Shown here piece by piece: positions 1 through 12,363 of a DNA stretch of 64,000 nt. The notes beneath the pieces are model-generated. The model searched no databases. It was not told the DNA's origin and worked only from the letters and a program-made list of their open reading frames with translations. The translations under genes were made by a program, and so were the position numbers. This DNA is from Harriotta raleighana (Eukaryota), in assembly GCA_050575255.1 (NCBI GenBank), contig JBNZDD010013567.1:1503163-1567162 (forward strand), read 5' to 3'. Every line of letters starts with the position of its first letter. Position 1 is the first letter of the stretch.

Positions 1-1423
1 TCTATGAATCTATGAATCTATGAAACAAATGTGGTGAGAAACAAGCCGATGAGAGCTGACATATTCACAGTCCTACACATGAACTGGAGAAGGGAATAGC
101 TCAGTATGGGAAGGAGACAGAGTCTAGGCTCAAATGTAACTATCTACAATAACAACAAGAACAACAACTTTGATTTATATAGAGTCCTTCACAGCGTCTC
201 AGAGCTTTTACCTACACAGATGAATTGGGAGCCTGTTTAGGTGTCATACATTCTATGTAAGTCTATCCAATTGACTTGATTTATAGAGCTGTGTGCTTAA
301 ATTATTACAGTATTATCATTATTATGATCATTATTATTAATGAAACTCATTGACTGAACAGACAAATGGCTGCAAAAGAATTTCTCCATCACAAGCCTAT
401 CTTCAAACCAGCTGCAAAGCTTTATCACTTCAAAGTCCTTTACAATGTGTTTTGTTTATTGCTCCCCGACTGAGAACTTTGATGACGTCAATGGGAAACC
501 GAGTGGGAAGATACCAACCCGGCCGCGAATGCGAGAGACGTGAATCAGCAGGAGTGTTGATGCAATAATGAATGCAAGCTCTTTCAATAGATCTGTCATC
601 TAAACTCTGGAAGATTGATTCTGCACATTATGGTTCTATTATAGATACTATCTCCTCCCCACCCATTCAGCTACGTTTCCTATGATAGTATCTATCAATA
701 CTCACTGTTTAAGCAATCAACAGAACTCCAGGCTTGTGCAAAAGAGAATGTTAAATTATTCATAGTCCTTTGTAATATTGTATTTCAATGGAGGAAACGT
801 TTGATTGCCATGTTCTGAGTCTTCTGGATTATATACTTACCCGACAATAACTTGCGCTTATTCGCGTAACATCTCAAATACTTTACCGAGACAATGCTAA
901 GCAATAGGGGGGTAAACTGGAGTCATGGATATAGTCGAAGAGGTAGGTTAGGCTGTTATCAGGCTAGCACAATGTGTTCGTCCACTTTCTTTCATTCACT
1001 ACTCATCTTGTCTTATTTCAGCGCGATGCTGATGCAGTTTGAGTTTCCCTATATAATGAGCTGAAAGAAATGTTTTATTTATTATTTTAAGACCACAGTG
1101 AGTAATTGTATATAGTTTCTCCTTTGTGGACAATAACACCATGATTTAGAATATTTCTTGCAGACTATCCTTTGATTTCAAAGCAGATGGAATTCTTTGG
1201 AATACATTAAAATCAGATTTTTGCATGAATAGATTTAAGAATTTATAGACTTGCTGATCTTATTCTCGAACGATGCAACAATTAAAATTCATGAAGAGTT
1301 GAAACGGACCACTGCCCCACATCAATCTCAATTTTGAATAAACATTCTGCAATCCTTTCGCTAGTGTTTTGTGAAATGTTAAATCTCCCTGTGCTGATCA
1401 CAGAATAGGATAGAAATATATAG

Positions 1424-1710
1424 TAATAATCCTTGCATTTGATTTAGAGTTTTTCACATCTTCTAGATGTCTCAAAGCGCTTCACAGAATATACTGTAAA
1501 ATGAATTGAACTGTATGCTTTGTGGGAGAAATATGACAGCCAACTGCAGTGTCCTACAAACAGTCATCGATTGAAGTGACCAATTTATTATTGGGTTTTT
1601 TTCTTGAGGAATTATTATCAGGTGTGTGGACTATGGAAACTTACCTCGGGTTTTGCCCTGCTGGGAAAGAACCCAGATCTTTTGCTTGTGAGGCGAGTGC
1701 TACAGGACTT
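1424..1710 (-). mobile_element. tRNA-derived Deu-domain SINE
   Basis: Family seen more than 20 times in the window: tRNA-like head TGTAGCTCAGTGGTTAGAGC, core TGTGGGACACTGCTGTGCGCAATTGGCTGCC, L2-like tail ending (TTA)n. Confidence 0.8.
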
Positions 1711-2489
1711 CGCATTTGTACTGTATACTCAATATTCCTCAATTCTGTACAGTTAATTAAAGGATCACATTAGTTTGAACTGTGGCAGGTGCTCAAGATA
1801 AGTCAGTTAGTTGGCTTATTACACTGAAAATTAAACTCTGTCTCTTGTTCATTACAAAGTGGAATAACAGAAAAGTACAGTATGATGGTGCAATTCACAA
1901 GATTACCTAAAATGTTTATTTTATTTATTATGCATTTGTTGAAGTTTCCCTTCTTGTGTCTAATGTGCTAATGCTTGTTTATCAAAGCAACATTCAGAAC
2001 CATAACATGTCCATCACCAATATTTACCGTCCAAATAATCTTTTTGTAACACATTTTGGCTGGCAAATTCATTATGACTCTTAATATTTTCCCCATCAAA
2101 GCTGTTATTTTTATCTTGCCTAGCTAGTGTGGGATCTACTACTTAAAAGCGCAATGCTCTGAAATAGTTTAGTCAGAGACATAAATTAGGACACATTTTA
2201 TTGTTGTATTCACGTGCCTTATTGTTGTATAAATATTGCACATCCCTGTGGGAAACCAGTGAGAGGCAGTGATGTAAATGCTACAGCTCAGCTCAAACGA
2301 ACATGAGAGTTTCCAGATGTCTCGTATAATGGCTTTGACAGATTTCCATATCGGTCATGCCTCTCTCTTGCAGCTCAGTGTAGTCAAAAGATAGGCAGGT
2401 TATCTCCACTTGACATCCTATCTTACTTTAGTATTCAGGATCAAACAGTTCTCCGCACTTGGTCACACCGAGAGTACAAGCATCAGACC

Positions 2490-2763
2490 TGTGTTTGAAT
2501 CCAGGCAGGTCAGGGCGAAACCTTGGACATGTGATGTTTCCTTATTCCATACACCTAATAACAATAATCTCTCAAAAAAAAATTGTCATTTCAATCCACG
2601 ATTGTTTAGTGGGGACGCTGCTGCGCGCAATTGCCTGTCGCATTCCGCCCAAAAAGTATACAGTCAATTCACTTTACAGTATATTCTGTGAAGCGCTTTG
2701 AGACTTTTAGAAGACGTGAAAAGAGCTATATCGAATGCAAGGATTAGTAGTAGTATTATTATT
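2490..2763 (+). mobile_element. Deu-domain SINE
   Basis: Same family, 5'-truncated. Confidence 0.8.
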
Positions 2764-2884
2764 ACAAATCGTACAAAGCCATTATGAGAAAGGATCCTTT
2801 CCATTGCTTCCAGAAGGAAAGGCACAAACATATAATAATATTAATAACAACTCCTTTCCCTCCCTTTTCACTTTGAATTAGTGT

Positions 2885-3090
2885 CATCATGGGATCTTTA
2901 ACGTCCACCTGAACAGGCCGAAGAGACATCAGTATAAACTCTCACAGAAGGGCGGGACCTTCTGACAATGCAATGTGCCCCCAGCACTACATTGGAGTGT
3001 CAGCTTGGACCATGTGATTCCAAGTCCAGACACAGGGTTTGAACCCATAACCTTCTGACTCAGAGGTGAGAGCACAGAGCCAGGCTGACA
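2885..3090 (-). mobile_element. Older DeuSINE (SacSINE1/AmnSINE-like) fragment
   Basis: GGGATCTTTAACGTCCACCTGAACAGG core and GGGTTTGAACCC B-box; related copy at 62495-62660. Confidence 0.6.
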
Positions 3091-4221
3091 CACAAAATGT
3101 TTGAATGATCTACCTTTTGGCATTGGGAAGATTATCCCAGGAAAATGTACATCCAGTTACAGAGCCAAGCAGAACACAGTGACATGTTGAATTGCATCTC
3201 CCCCCCCCGTCCCGTCCCCGTCCGTCCCCCCCGTCCCCCAACAACTTGGTCTAAAAGCTATGACAGTCAGGTCAAAATAATATTTTGATGCACCATAGCA
3301 ACTAAAACCATTTAAAATCTTGAGTGCATGAACTGCCCACATCTGTAAATCTATAAATTTTATTCTAGAGGGTTTTGTGTCACTATTTATTTTCTCCAGC
3401 GTTTTGGGCACAAAAATACACAGTCACTCCACTTTACAGTCTATTCTGTGAAGCGCTTTGATACATCTCAATGACATGATATTAAATGCAAGGGTTATTA
3501 TTATTATTATTCTAATGTCAAAGATTCATGTGAGTCTAATTTTTGTACCACATTTGGAGATGTATCGCAGCTTGGGACATCCTCCCGATATGAAAGGTGC
3601 TCTACCAATGTAATTTTGTGATCGTTGTTAATGTATACTCACGCAACATATGCATGGAAACTCCGTGCTTTTGTGTACTGTGACCTCGGATGACAAATGA
3701 TCCATATTAACTTTTCATAGTCTTCATGTCTCAAAACCAATTTGTCCTATTTCATAGGGATACATAATGACAATACGCCTGGTTTACAAATAGCACAGAC
3801 TTTGCAATGCACCTGAAGTGATTTTGCCTGATGTGACTCACGTAAAATGTCACTCTAGATGCAGGCATGTGTTATGTTATTCGAGGATTATAATTCTAAA
3901 TACAGTATGTTGGGTTTCGCTCATTGCNGGATGACAAATGATTCATATTAACTTTTCATAGTCTTCATGTCTCAAAACCAATTTGTCCTATTTCATAGGG
4001 ATACATAATGACAATACGCCTGGTTTACAAATAGCACAGACTTTGCAATGCACCTGAAGTGATTTTGCCTGATGTGACTCACGTAAAATGTCACTCTAGA
4101 TGCAGGCATGTGTTATGTTATTCGAGGATTATAATTCTAAATACAGTATGTTGGGTTTCGCTCATTGCTCTGGAATACTCATGTGAACTGTCTACGAGAT
4201 GGTATTTCTGACTTTACGCAT

Positions 4222-4945
4222 GCAACAACAACAGCAAAATTACACTTGTATAGCGCCTTTCATGTCGGGAAGACATCCCAAAGCGCTGAACAGTCAGGTC
4301 AGGACCCAAGCAGGGAGGGAAGGTCGGGGGTAGGGTGAGGGGGAAGGAGAGTGGGAGAGGGAGAAGAGTCAGGGTGGGAGCCGAAGAGGAAGGTCTTGAG
4401 ACCGGCCTTGAAGGAGGAAAGGGAGGAAGCAAGGCAGAGGGACTGCGGGATGGAGTTCCAAAGTGTGGGGGCAGAGAGGCTGAAAGCCTTGCCACCGATT
4501 AGGGCGGTGGACGCGGAGCAGGCCTGAGTCTGCTGAACAGAGGATGCGGGCAGGCTGGTAGGGAGACAGCAAGTCAGAGAGATAGGTGGGGGCAAGGCCA
4601 TGAGTGGCCTTGAAAGTGAGGACGAGGATCTTGAATTCGATCCTCTGGGGGCTGGGGAGCCAGTGGAGATGGGTGAGGGTGGGAGTGATGTGGTCACGAA
4701 GCCTGGTGCTAGAGAGTACACGAGCTGCAGAAGTCTGAATGATCTGCAGCCTGTGAAGGGAGGAGTTGGGAAAGCCGAGGAGGAGAGAGTTCCTATAATC
4801 AAGCCTGGAGTTGATAAAGGCGTGAATGAGAGTTTCGGCAGCATGGGGGGTGAGGCAGTGGCAGAGTCTGGCAATATTGCGGAGGTGGTGGAAGGCGATT
4901 CCAGTCAGGGAGCGGATATGACGGAGGAAGGAGCAGCAGTTAGGC
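4222..4945 (-). mobile_element. L2-clade LINE 3' fragment
   Basis: ORF2 C-terminus HLRNIARL..LT..AAETLIHAFINSRLDY..HITP.L..LHWLP...RIEFKIL; (TTG)n tail. Confidence 0.9.
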
Positions 4946-7900
4946 AAGCAACAACAAAATTACATTTATTATAATGCCTTTCACATCGGGAAAACATCCC
5001 AAGGCGCTGGGACTTTCATTCCACATCAAAATGGTTTCAAAATTTGAAACAGAAAACACATTGAGCAGTTCAGAAATCCCGATAATGTTTCTTGGCTACA
5101 ACTCATCGTTCAGCCTGAGAGGTTTTATTACTTCAGAAATTTGTTCATTGCTGATTGCGTTATGTTACGATTGTCTTAAAAACAGGCAATTCACTTTACA
5201 GTATATTCTGCAGAATGCTTTGAGACGTCTCGAAGACATGATAAGGCACCATATGAAATACAAGGACTATCATTATCTTCTCTACTACAGCTTTCACTAC
5301 AGTCTTCTCTATGTCTTTGAAGTCCAGTTTAAAGCTTGTTTCAGTTTCCTGAGATTGGCCAACACGCAAGCAAATCAAACCAAGTGTAGATAACTATAAA
5401 CACCAATCGAAACAAACTAATGCAATTTCAAATTTTGAAACAACTAGGATGAAGAACAAATGTAGCAGATTCATAAAAAGCAGTGGCTGTACCAAACCAT
5501 CTGTACCAGAAGCACTAATCATAATTTATGAGGTTGACCCCCAAAGGTCCCTTCCCCTATGTGTCACTGTGCTTATTGTAATGCAGATGCTTCAGCATTC
5601 AACCTGTGAAAAATCCTAAACGCCATACTGAATTAGAGGTATCTCAGCCACAGCACATTCCAGTTCAACTCCTTTGCACCTGTCAGTAAGAGCACATTAA
5701 AAGGACTATTGAATCACATTGTAATCTACTAAACGGATCTTCCAAGCGTAAGTATGCATCAACTCCTGATGTTTATTGAGACTCCTGCATCCTAGGTGAA
5801 GGAGACTACCTACCTAAGAAATATCTCATATTTTTGGTCTTACCATTATATAATAATAATAATCCTTAGATTTATATAGTGCTTTCCACATCTTATCGAC
5901 GTCCCAAAGCGCTTTACAGAGTATGACAACGTCCCAAAGTAGGGACCAGAGTGGGGGAGGGAGGAGGGGTCGGGGTAGGGAGAAAAAAGAGGGAAGAAAG
6001 AGGGGAAAAGGGTAGCGGGCAGAGCGGGGGGGAGGGGTTGTGGTAGTGGGAAGGAGTAGGAAAATTGACTGTATATTTGTGGGCGAAACGCGGCAGCCAA
6101 ATTGCGCACAGCAGTGTCCCACAAATATTCATGGAAGTGAGCAGGTCAGGGATGAAAAGGGGAAAGAGGGTAAGGGGAGGGGTCGGGGTAGGGGGAAGAG
6201 AGCAGGAAAACCAGGTGTATATTTGGGGGCGAAATTACATTACACTGAAATCAAACGATTTGTAGGTTCCATGGTCAATGATGCCCATCAGAGCAACTTC
6301 CTGCTTGTTAGTACGTAAGTGGGAAATTGGAATGATTTAAAGCCAATTCTAGCGCTATTTATATATTCTTGTAGTTATGTCCATTCAAGTGGCCATCTAT
6401 TATCAGCTGTGCTGTAGCTCAGGAAAAGGCCTGCCATATATTTACTTTCATCAACGCTCATGGGCTGAGGTGATGTCCTTTACTGACTGGACGCCCGAAG
6501 AATTAATGTGAAAACCACAAGAATGTAGAGATAGCACCTACATTACTTTCAACTCAAACTGCCAGACAGAACTAGCGCAGTTGAAAAATTGTAACATCAA
6601 ATTTCTATCCAGAGTCGAGTGCAATATGTGTTTGAGGACGCGAAGATTGGATTCAATAGAGATATTATTGCCTCCCCAATAGCTAAGATAAAGACAGAAA
6701 TAGTCCTTCCGGCTGTTGAGATGAATTAACGTTCACTGAGCTGAACAGACAAAATCAAATTGCAATACCAATTTAGGGGGCTGAGTTGGAAGGAAGGATA
6801 GTGGAAGGAATGGCCAAAAGAGATTGAAAAAAGTTTTAAAAAACTCACAGTGTACATGTAGAAATAGACTCAGCAGAAATGAGCTTGCGAGGAACAGTTG
6901 CTGACAGATGGAAACTTGCTTAGTGTGTGTGTTTGCCTTATTGGAAAGTTTTGAGAGCAGTAACATTCTGGACAATACAAAGCTGTGCCAGAATGAATCG
7001 ACAAATGTTGCATCAGTTTGTGAAACATAAGACCATAAGAAATGCTAGGCAATAAAGACCAAAGGCCATCTAGTTCATCTTCCACTTTCCTGGCAGTTGC
7101 CAGCACAAATTTCCCATAACAGTTCATTCTTTTCATTGCATCATCAAGTAATGACTGTAAACAGCTTTCGAGCAAAGCTTTCTTTGCATTGTCCTGCCTG
7201 CCAGTGAATTTTAAGCTTTCCAATAAGCCAAACACATTAAACAAACTCCATCTGTCAAGAAACTATCCGAGCTGCTCCTCACAATCTGTCTCATTCGTTC
7301 TGTGACTATTTCAGGATGTACACTCCGAGTTTTTGCTTTGATGCATTTCAAAAGGAATTCAAAATTTCAAAAAAAACATGAATTAACGTTGGGTGATTGC
7401 GTGCAGATAAGATCCCAGCACCCACCCCCACAATTTTTTCTAATTGCTTTTGAAAATGCAATTTTAAACAGAACTAAAGGATGTCTCTTTGTTGAGTTAT
7501 TAGATCGTTTCATCTTCATTTATTGAAGCAAAAGCACTCTTAAAAGCACACAGTCTCTTACAAAGTACTTAACACTGAACAAATTGAAGTTCAAAGCTAT
7601 TGATAGGCAGACATATTGCTCAACATAACTAAGAAAAAAATTAATAATAATCCTTGCATTTCATATAGCTCCTTCCACATCAGGAGGAAATCTCATAGCG
7701 TTTCACATGATTTAAAGTAAAATGTAATGACTGTGAATTTTGCATTTAAACCTACATAGTTTCGTCCGTAGATATTATTATACATATTTGATCATACGGT
7801 ATTTGAATATTCTTGACTGTGGAATATCAGATTTATAATTGTTAGATTAAAGCAATTCATGTAAAGCCACCCCATGCACATTACTTTGTAATAAACCATC

Positions 7901-8094
7901 ACTTCAGTAAATTCATATAAAACCATTAATTTTCTGAGCAAAAAATCTTATCATTTTAATCATTGTTATATTGAAACTACCTTTGCTGCATCACACCAAA
8001 TGTTTATTCCTTCCATTAGAAAGGAAAATCCATCCATTCCAAGACTGCTTCTTAGATCAAACAGAATCCCTTGCTGCATTCAGATTTATAAAGT

Positions 8095-8365
8095 TAATAG
8101 TGCTTTTCACATCTTTTAGATGTCTCAAAGCACTTCACAGAATATAATGGAAAGTGAATTGACCCTATATTTGTGGGTGAATTGCAGCAGCCAATTACGC
8201 ACAGCAGTCGTGGATTGAAAATGATCGATTTACTGTATTATTGTTTTTTTTAGGGATTATTATTAGGCATATGGAGTTAAGAAACTTTCCCAAGATTTTG
8301 ACCCTGCCTTGAATTGAACCCAGATTTCTCGCTCGTAAGGCAAGTGCTCTAACCACTGAGTTACA
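8095..8365 (-). mobile_element. Deu-domain SINE
   Basis: Head, core and tail recognisable. Confidence 0.75.
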
Positions 8366-9384
8366 ATACTGCACAGTATAATACCTGAGTGTGTTAGATG
8401 AGGACAGGATGAGATTGAGCTGTGATACTGGGTTCCAAAATAAGAAAGACAGTCGAGGAAGAAGACAAAGTGAAAGAGAGGAATTAGGTGTGGGAGAGAG
8501 AACATTTCTTCCTCTAAGACTGCTTAGATCAACTGAAACACTATTTATTTTTGAAAAAGCCATTTCAAAGAAAAGCATGACTAATAGCTCGCCTTCAGTG
8601 GAAACTGAAATGACATTTGTTCTTAAGAAATTTCAAGGTCAACATCTGGGTGATTTTATTATTATAATTATGATAGTCCTCAGGTCCGTGAGTCAAAAGG
8701 ATCAGGGTATTTATTGTAATCATGTACACAAAAATGAGGTGGAATATTGTCTGCCTATTGTCTTCCTCAACAGATATTTTTAGAAAACAAAGCTTTGTTG
8801 TTGTGCTAATGGAAACCTTACCAACAGCTCAGACAAGATAGTCCAGATGGTTTGCAGGCAGTTTTGACCTTAAGTTCTTGTTAATCGGAATTTTAAAGGT
8901 TACGTAAAATGATTTGCAACATGTGCAGCAACGTTGAAAGTTTTAGGTCAAGATTACTTCAGCAGCAAAAGCATGGTCAAGGCTGACGAGAGGAAGAGAG
9001 AGAGAGAGAGAGAGAAAGACAAAAAACATGGCAGTAAAATGGATGATAATAATAATAATCCTCGCATTTGATATGGTAGTGGCTTATCACATCCTGGAGC
9101 TGTCTCAAAGCGCTTCACATAATATACTCTAAACAGTTTTGCACACAAAATATACAGTCAATTCACTTTACACTTTACTGATAAGGGGCTATGTCAAATG
9201 GAAGGATTATTATTAGTATTATTATTATTAATTGACTAATTGATATCGTCCATTTTTTTGTTTCCCTTCGAGTTTTGGTCACATGGCCTAAAATATTCAG
9301 AATTATTGCTAAGAATTATATTTTTGCACCAGATGTTATATGTCGCATTTTGAGCACTAGAAAAAAAAATTGGGATACTTTTTA

Positions 9385-9525
9385 CACGAAAGGAAGTAAG
9401 GGATATGGGGATAGGGCTAGTAAATGGAATTAGGATATAAGATTAGCCATGTTCTTATTAAATGGCGGAGCAGAATCGAGGGGCCGAATGGCCTACTCCT
9501 GCTCCTAATTCTTAAATTCCTATAT
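9385..9525 (+). mobile_element. CR1 LINE 3' end
   Basis: GGCGGAGCAG..TCGAGGGGCCGAATGGCCTACTCCTGCTCCTAATTCTT 3' UTR; matches the end of the CR1 at about 47850-47950. Confidence 0.7.
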
Positions 9526-12227
9526 GTCCAGGTAAAATAAAAAGGTTAAAGCTACAATGTATGCAAAAGACCTTACAGTATCTCTTAAAAGAGATCAAAC
9601 CATCTGTGATCATTCTCCTTTGGCAAGCTTTGGTTTCTACAGGTGGGAAAAATATGTTTTCATCTCTCTGGCTTCCATGGAACAGCTCAGATGATTAAGA
9701 AATCTGTCGCAGGCTACATATATCGGAATATAAAACAGATAGAAAATTCAGATAGAAAATAACAGATAGAGATGGGGCTAGGATGAAAGGTGTATGTAGT
9801 GAGTAGGCATCTAAAATATTAAGGTGGCACAGAGAGTTGGGAATGCACACAAGTCTGAGTTGATCAAGTAAAAGAGCTTTTGTTTTCAACTGATTTGTTT
9901 ACAAGTTAGATTTAAACTGCACCTTTCATGTCGGGAGGTCATTAGGAGATGGTTATTTGCTTGCTGGTTATATAAAATATATCCCCAAACTTCCAGTTGT
10001 GCCATAGTGGTGGTGTTTGCAATCCTAATTTTAATTTTAACGATTTATGTAAATAGTTCCTTAAATCCTTGTGTCACCACCCCCACCCAATTATCTATAG
10101 GCAGAAAAATATTGAGTGGTTACATTTCAAATAGCGTATAATTTTGCTGATAGTGGCCAGCCCAGCTTTACGTCCTTTTATCCTGAGAAAAAGCGTTTCA
10201 CGGTCAAGTCCGGTGTTATAAGGGAAGCAGGCCTGAAGGCACGGAGTACAGAGCAGACACACTATCCGCTGAGCTGAAATTATTCATTGGATTAATGGGA
10301 AGCCTGTAAAGTGGAACTGTCTGTAACAGTTCACTTAAAAGATTAGCCTGTTTCAAAATGGATCCCAAGCCCCAGAGGGAAGCTTCAGAAGTTTGAACTT
10401 CAATGGATGCGGGGCTGTAGTTGTTCACAGAGATGAACAATGTAATTGGGATGTTAATATTCTGGAAGTTATAGGTTCGCTTCTACTTTGTGTCATCCGA
10501 AGTTCCCTGCAATGGTGCTGTAGAGTGGGGTTGGCCTCGGGACAAGGAAAACAGGAACCTTTAGTACTCACTGGTGTGAACTTGGACTTTGTGGCAAATA
10601 AATATAATAATAATAATCCTTGCATTTGATATAGCGCTTTTTACGTCTTCTAGACGCCACAAAGCACTTCACAGAATATACTCCAAGTGAATTTACTGTC
10701 TAGGTCAAACACAGCAGTCATTTGCACACACTATATACTGGACTGTACCGCAAATAATTGTGAACTATGATATGATAATCCTTTTCAAACCCTAAAGACC
10801 ACAATCAGGTTTTCCATACACAATTTCATGATTGGATAGTACAGTACTTTGTAAAAGTTTAGTCATGCAGAAATTTCAGTCTTCATAATCGAACTCCCCT
10901 CCAACTAAAATAGGACATTAAATTCCTGTCCTCTATAGGTATAAGGTATACTCTATACCTTAATTAAAATTACTCATACCACAGACCGAATGCACTTTCC
11001 AAACAATAGCCAGCAATAGTAATTTACAAAGGACACAAGCTTGTAAAATTACAAAGCACTTAACTGAAGAATTTGAATTTTCTAACAGCAGTTCAGACTT
11101 TCATAGTCTATCAGTAAGTAATGTCCTCCCATGGATCTCTTCCAGTCTCAAGGGTCAGAGATCTCAGCTGTTTCAGTAGCTACAGTCAGCTCACTTCCTG
11201 CCAGGATGATCAGGGGTTACAGCTGCTTCCCTCCTGCAGCATTTCACATAGTGAGAGCTTTTTTTTAAGTGGCATTTGAGGCTTGATAAGCTTCAGGATC
11301 AGCTGAACACAACATCAGCAGTCAAAACACCAGCGCAAATCGTGGCCATGGAATTGGGCATCAAGTAAATTGGATGTCTCAGGGCTTGATTTTGTGCCAG
11401 TCTCAAACCAACACTTGTAATAATAATAATCATAGCATAATCAAAATGTTTATATTTGATGTCGCACCTTATCATGTCTTCGAGACGTCTCAAAGCGCTT
11501 TACAGAGTATACGATAAAGTGAGCTGACTGTAGATTTGTCACAATAACTTATTGCTCATTTTCTTAGCCAAATGGAATCATTTCCTGCCAAATAGAAATC
11601 GTTCTTTGAATCTTTTCTAAGTGCCATTGAACTACTTGTGGGCAATCCCCTCAGGTTCCTCCCAATTGAATGTATAATCAACACATGTCCAGAAACTTTG
11701 AGGCAATGCTTAGCACAAGCTGCTTTTTTTAAACCCAAAGGTTTCAAAAGAAATCCCAGAAATGGTCCTGTGGAAAACAGTGAGGCTGTATCTGGAGAAA
11801 TGGAAACATACTCTTTGGTAAACTGCATGATGCATAGTTTATACCTTCGCTTGATATATCAATGTTGCAGCAAGGCTAATAAGAACATAAAAAGGTATTG
11901 TGAAATTCACTTTATTAATAATAATAATCCTTGCATTTGTTAGAACACTTTTCACGGCTTCTAGACGTCTCAAAGTGCTTCACAGAATATACTGTAAAGT
12001 AAATTAACTGTATATTTTGAGGGGCGAAACGCGGCAGCCTATTGCGCACAGCAGGGTCCCCACAAACACGTCACTTTTTCAAGCTTCCGACTCCACAGGG
12101 GGATGCGGCAGAATGTGATATTGTAGTCTTCCCATGAACTCCAAGGTCTCTCTGTTCATCTCACTTGGAAAATGAAAAGCATTGTACGCAGGGTTGTGTA
12201 GTGATCCTGACACAGCTCAAACTCTCC

Positions 12228-12363
12228 TCAACACACAGTGATGTGATCTGTTCTCCCCGATGCGCTAACTTGAATGTGTTTCGTTACTGGAGCTATCAGT
12301 GGGGCTCCTCCTACTTTGTGATCCGCACCCACTGCTTCTCCAACACTGGAAAATCCCTGTTCC
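12228..12363 (-). CDS. DHODH: DHODH exon 9 coding part, with a C-terminal extension as assembled
   Basis: TTTGAAG|[16 protein letters not shown] followed by 28 extra aa to TGA; candidate polyA signal on minus at 11911-11916. Confidence 0.88.

Noticed and set aside
3688-4168. 240-bp tandem duplication
   Set aside because: The copies are separated by a single N (3928) and are nearly identical: an unmerged contig overlap, not biology
10216-10480. Minus-strand ORF with IEVQTSEASLWGLGSILKQ, faintly like a Gypsy RNase H
   Set aside because: Catalytic Asp absent and no other retroelement motifs; unsupported
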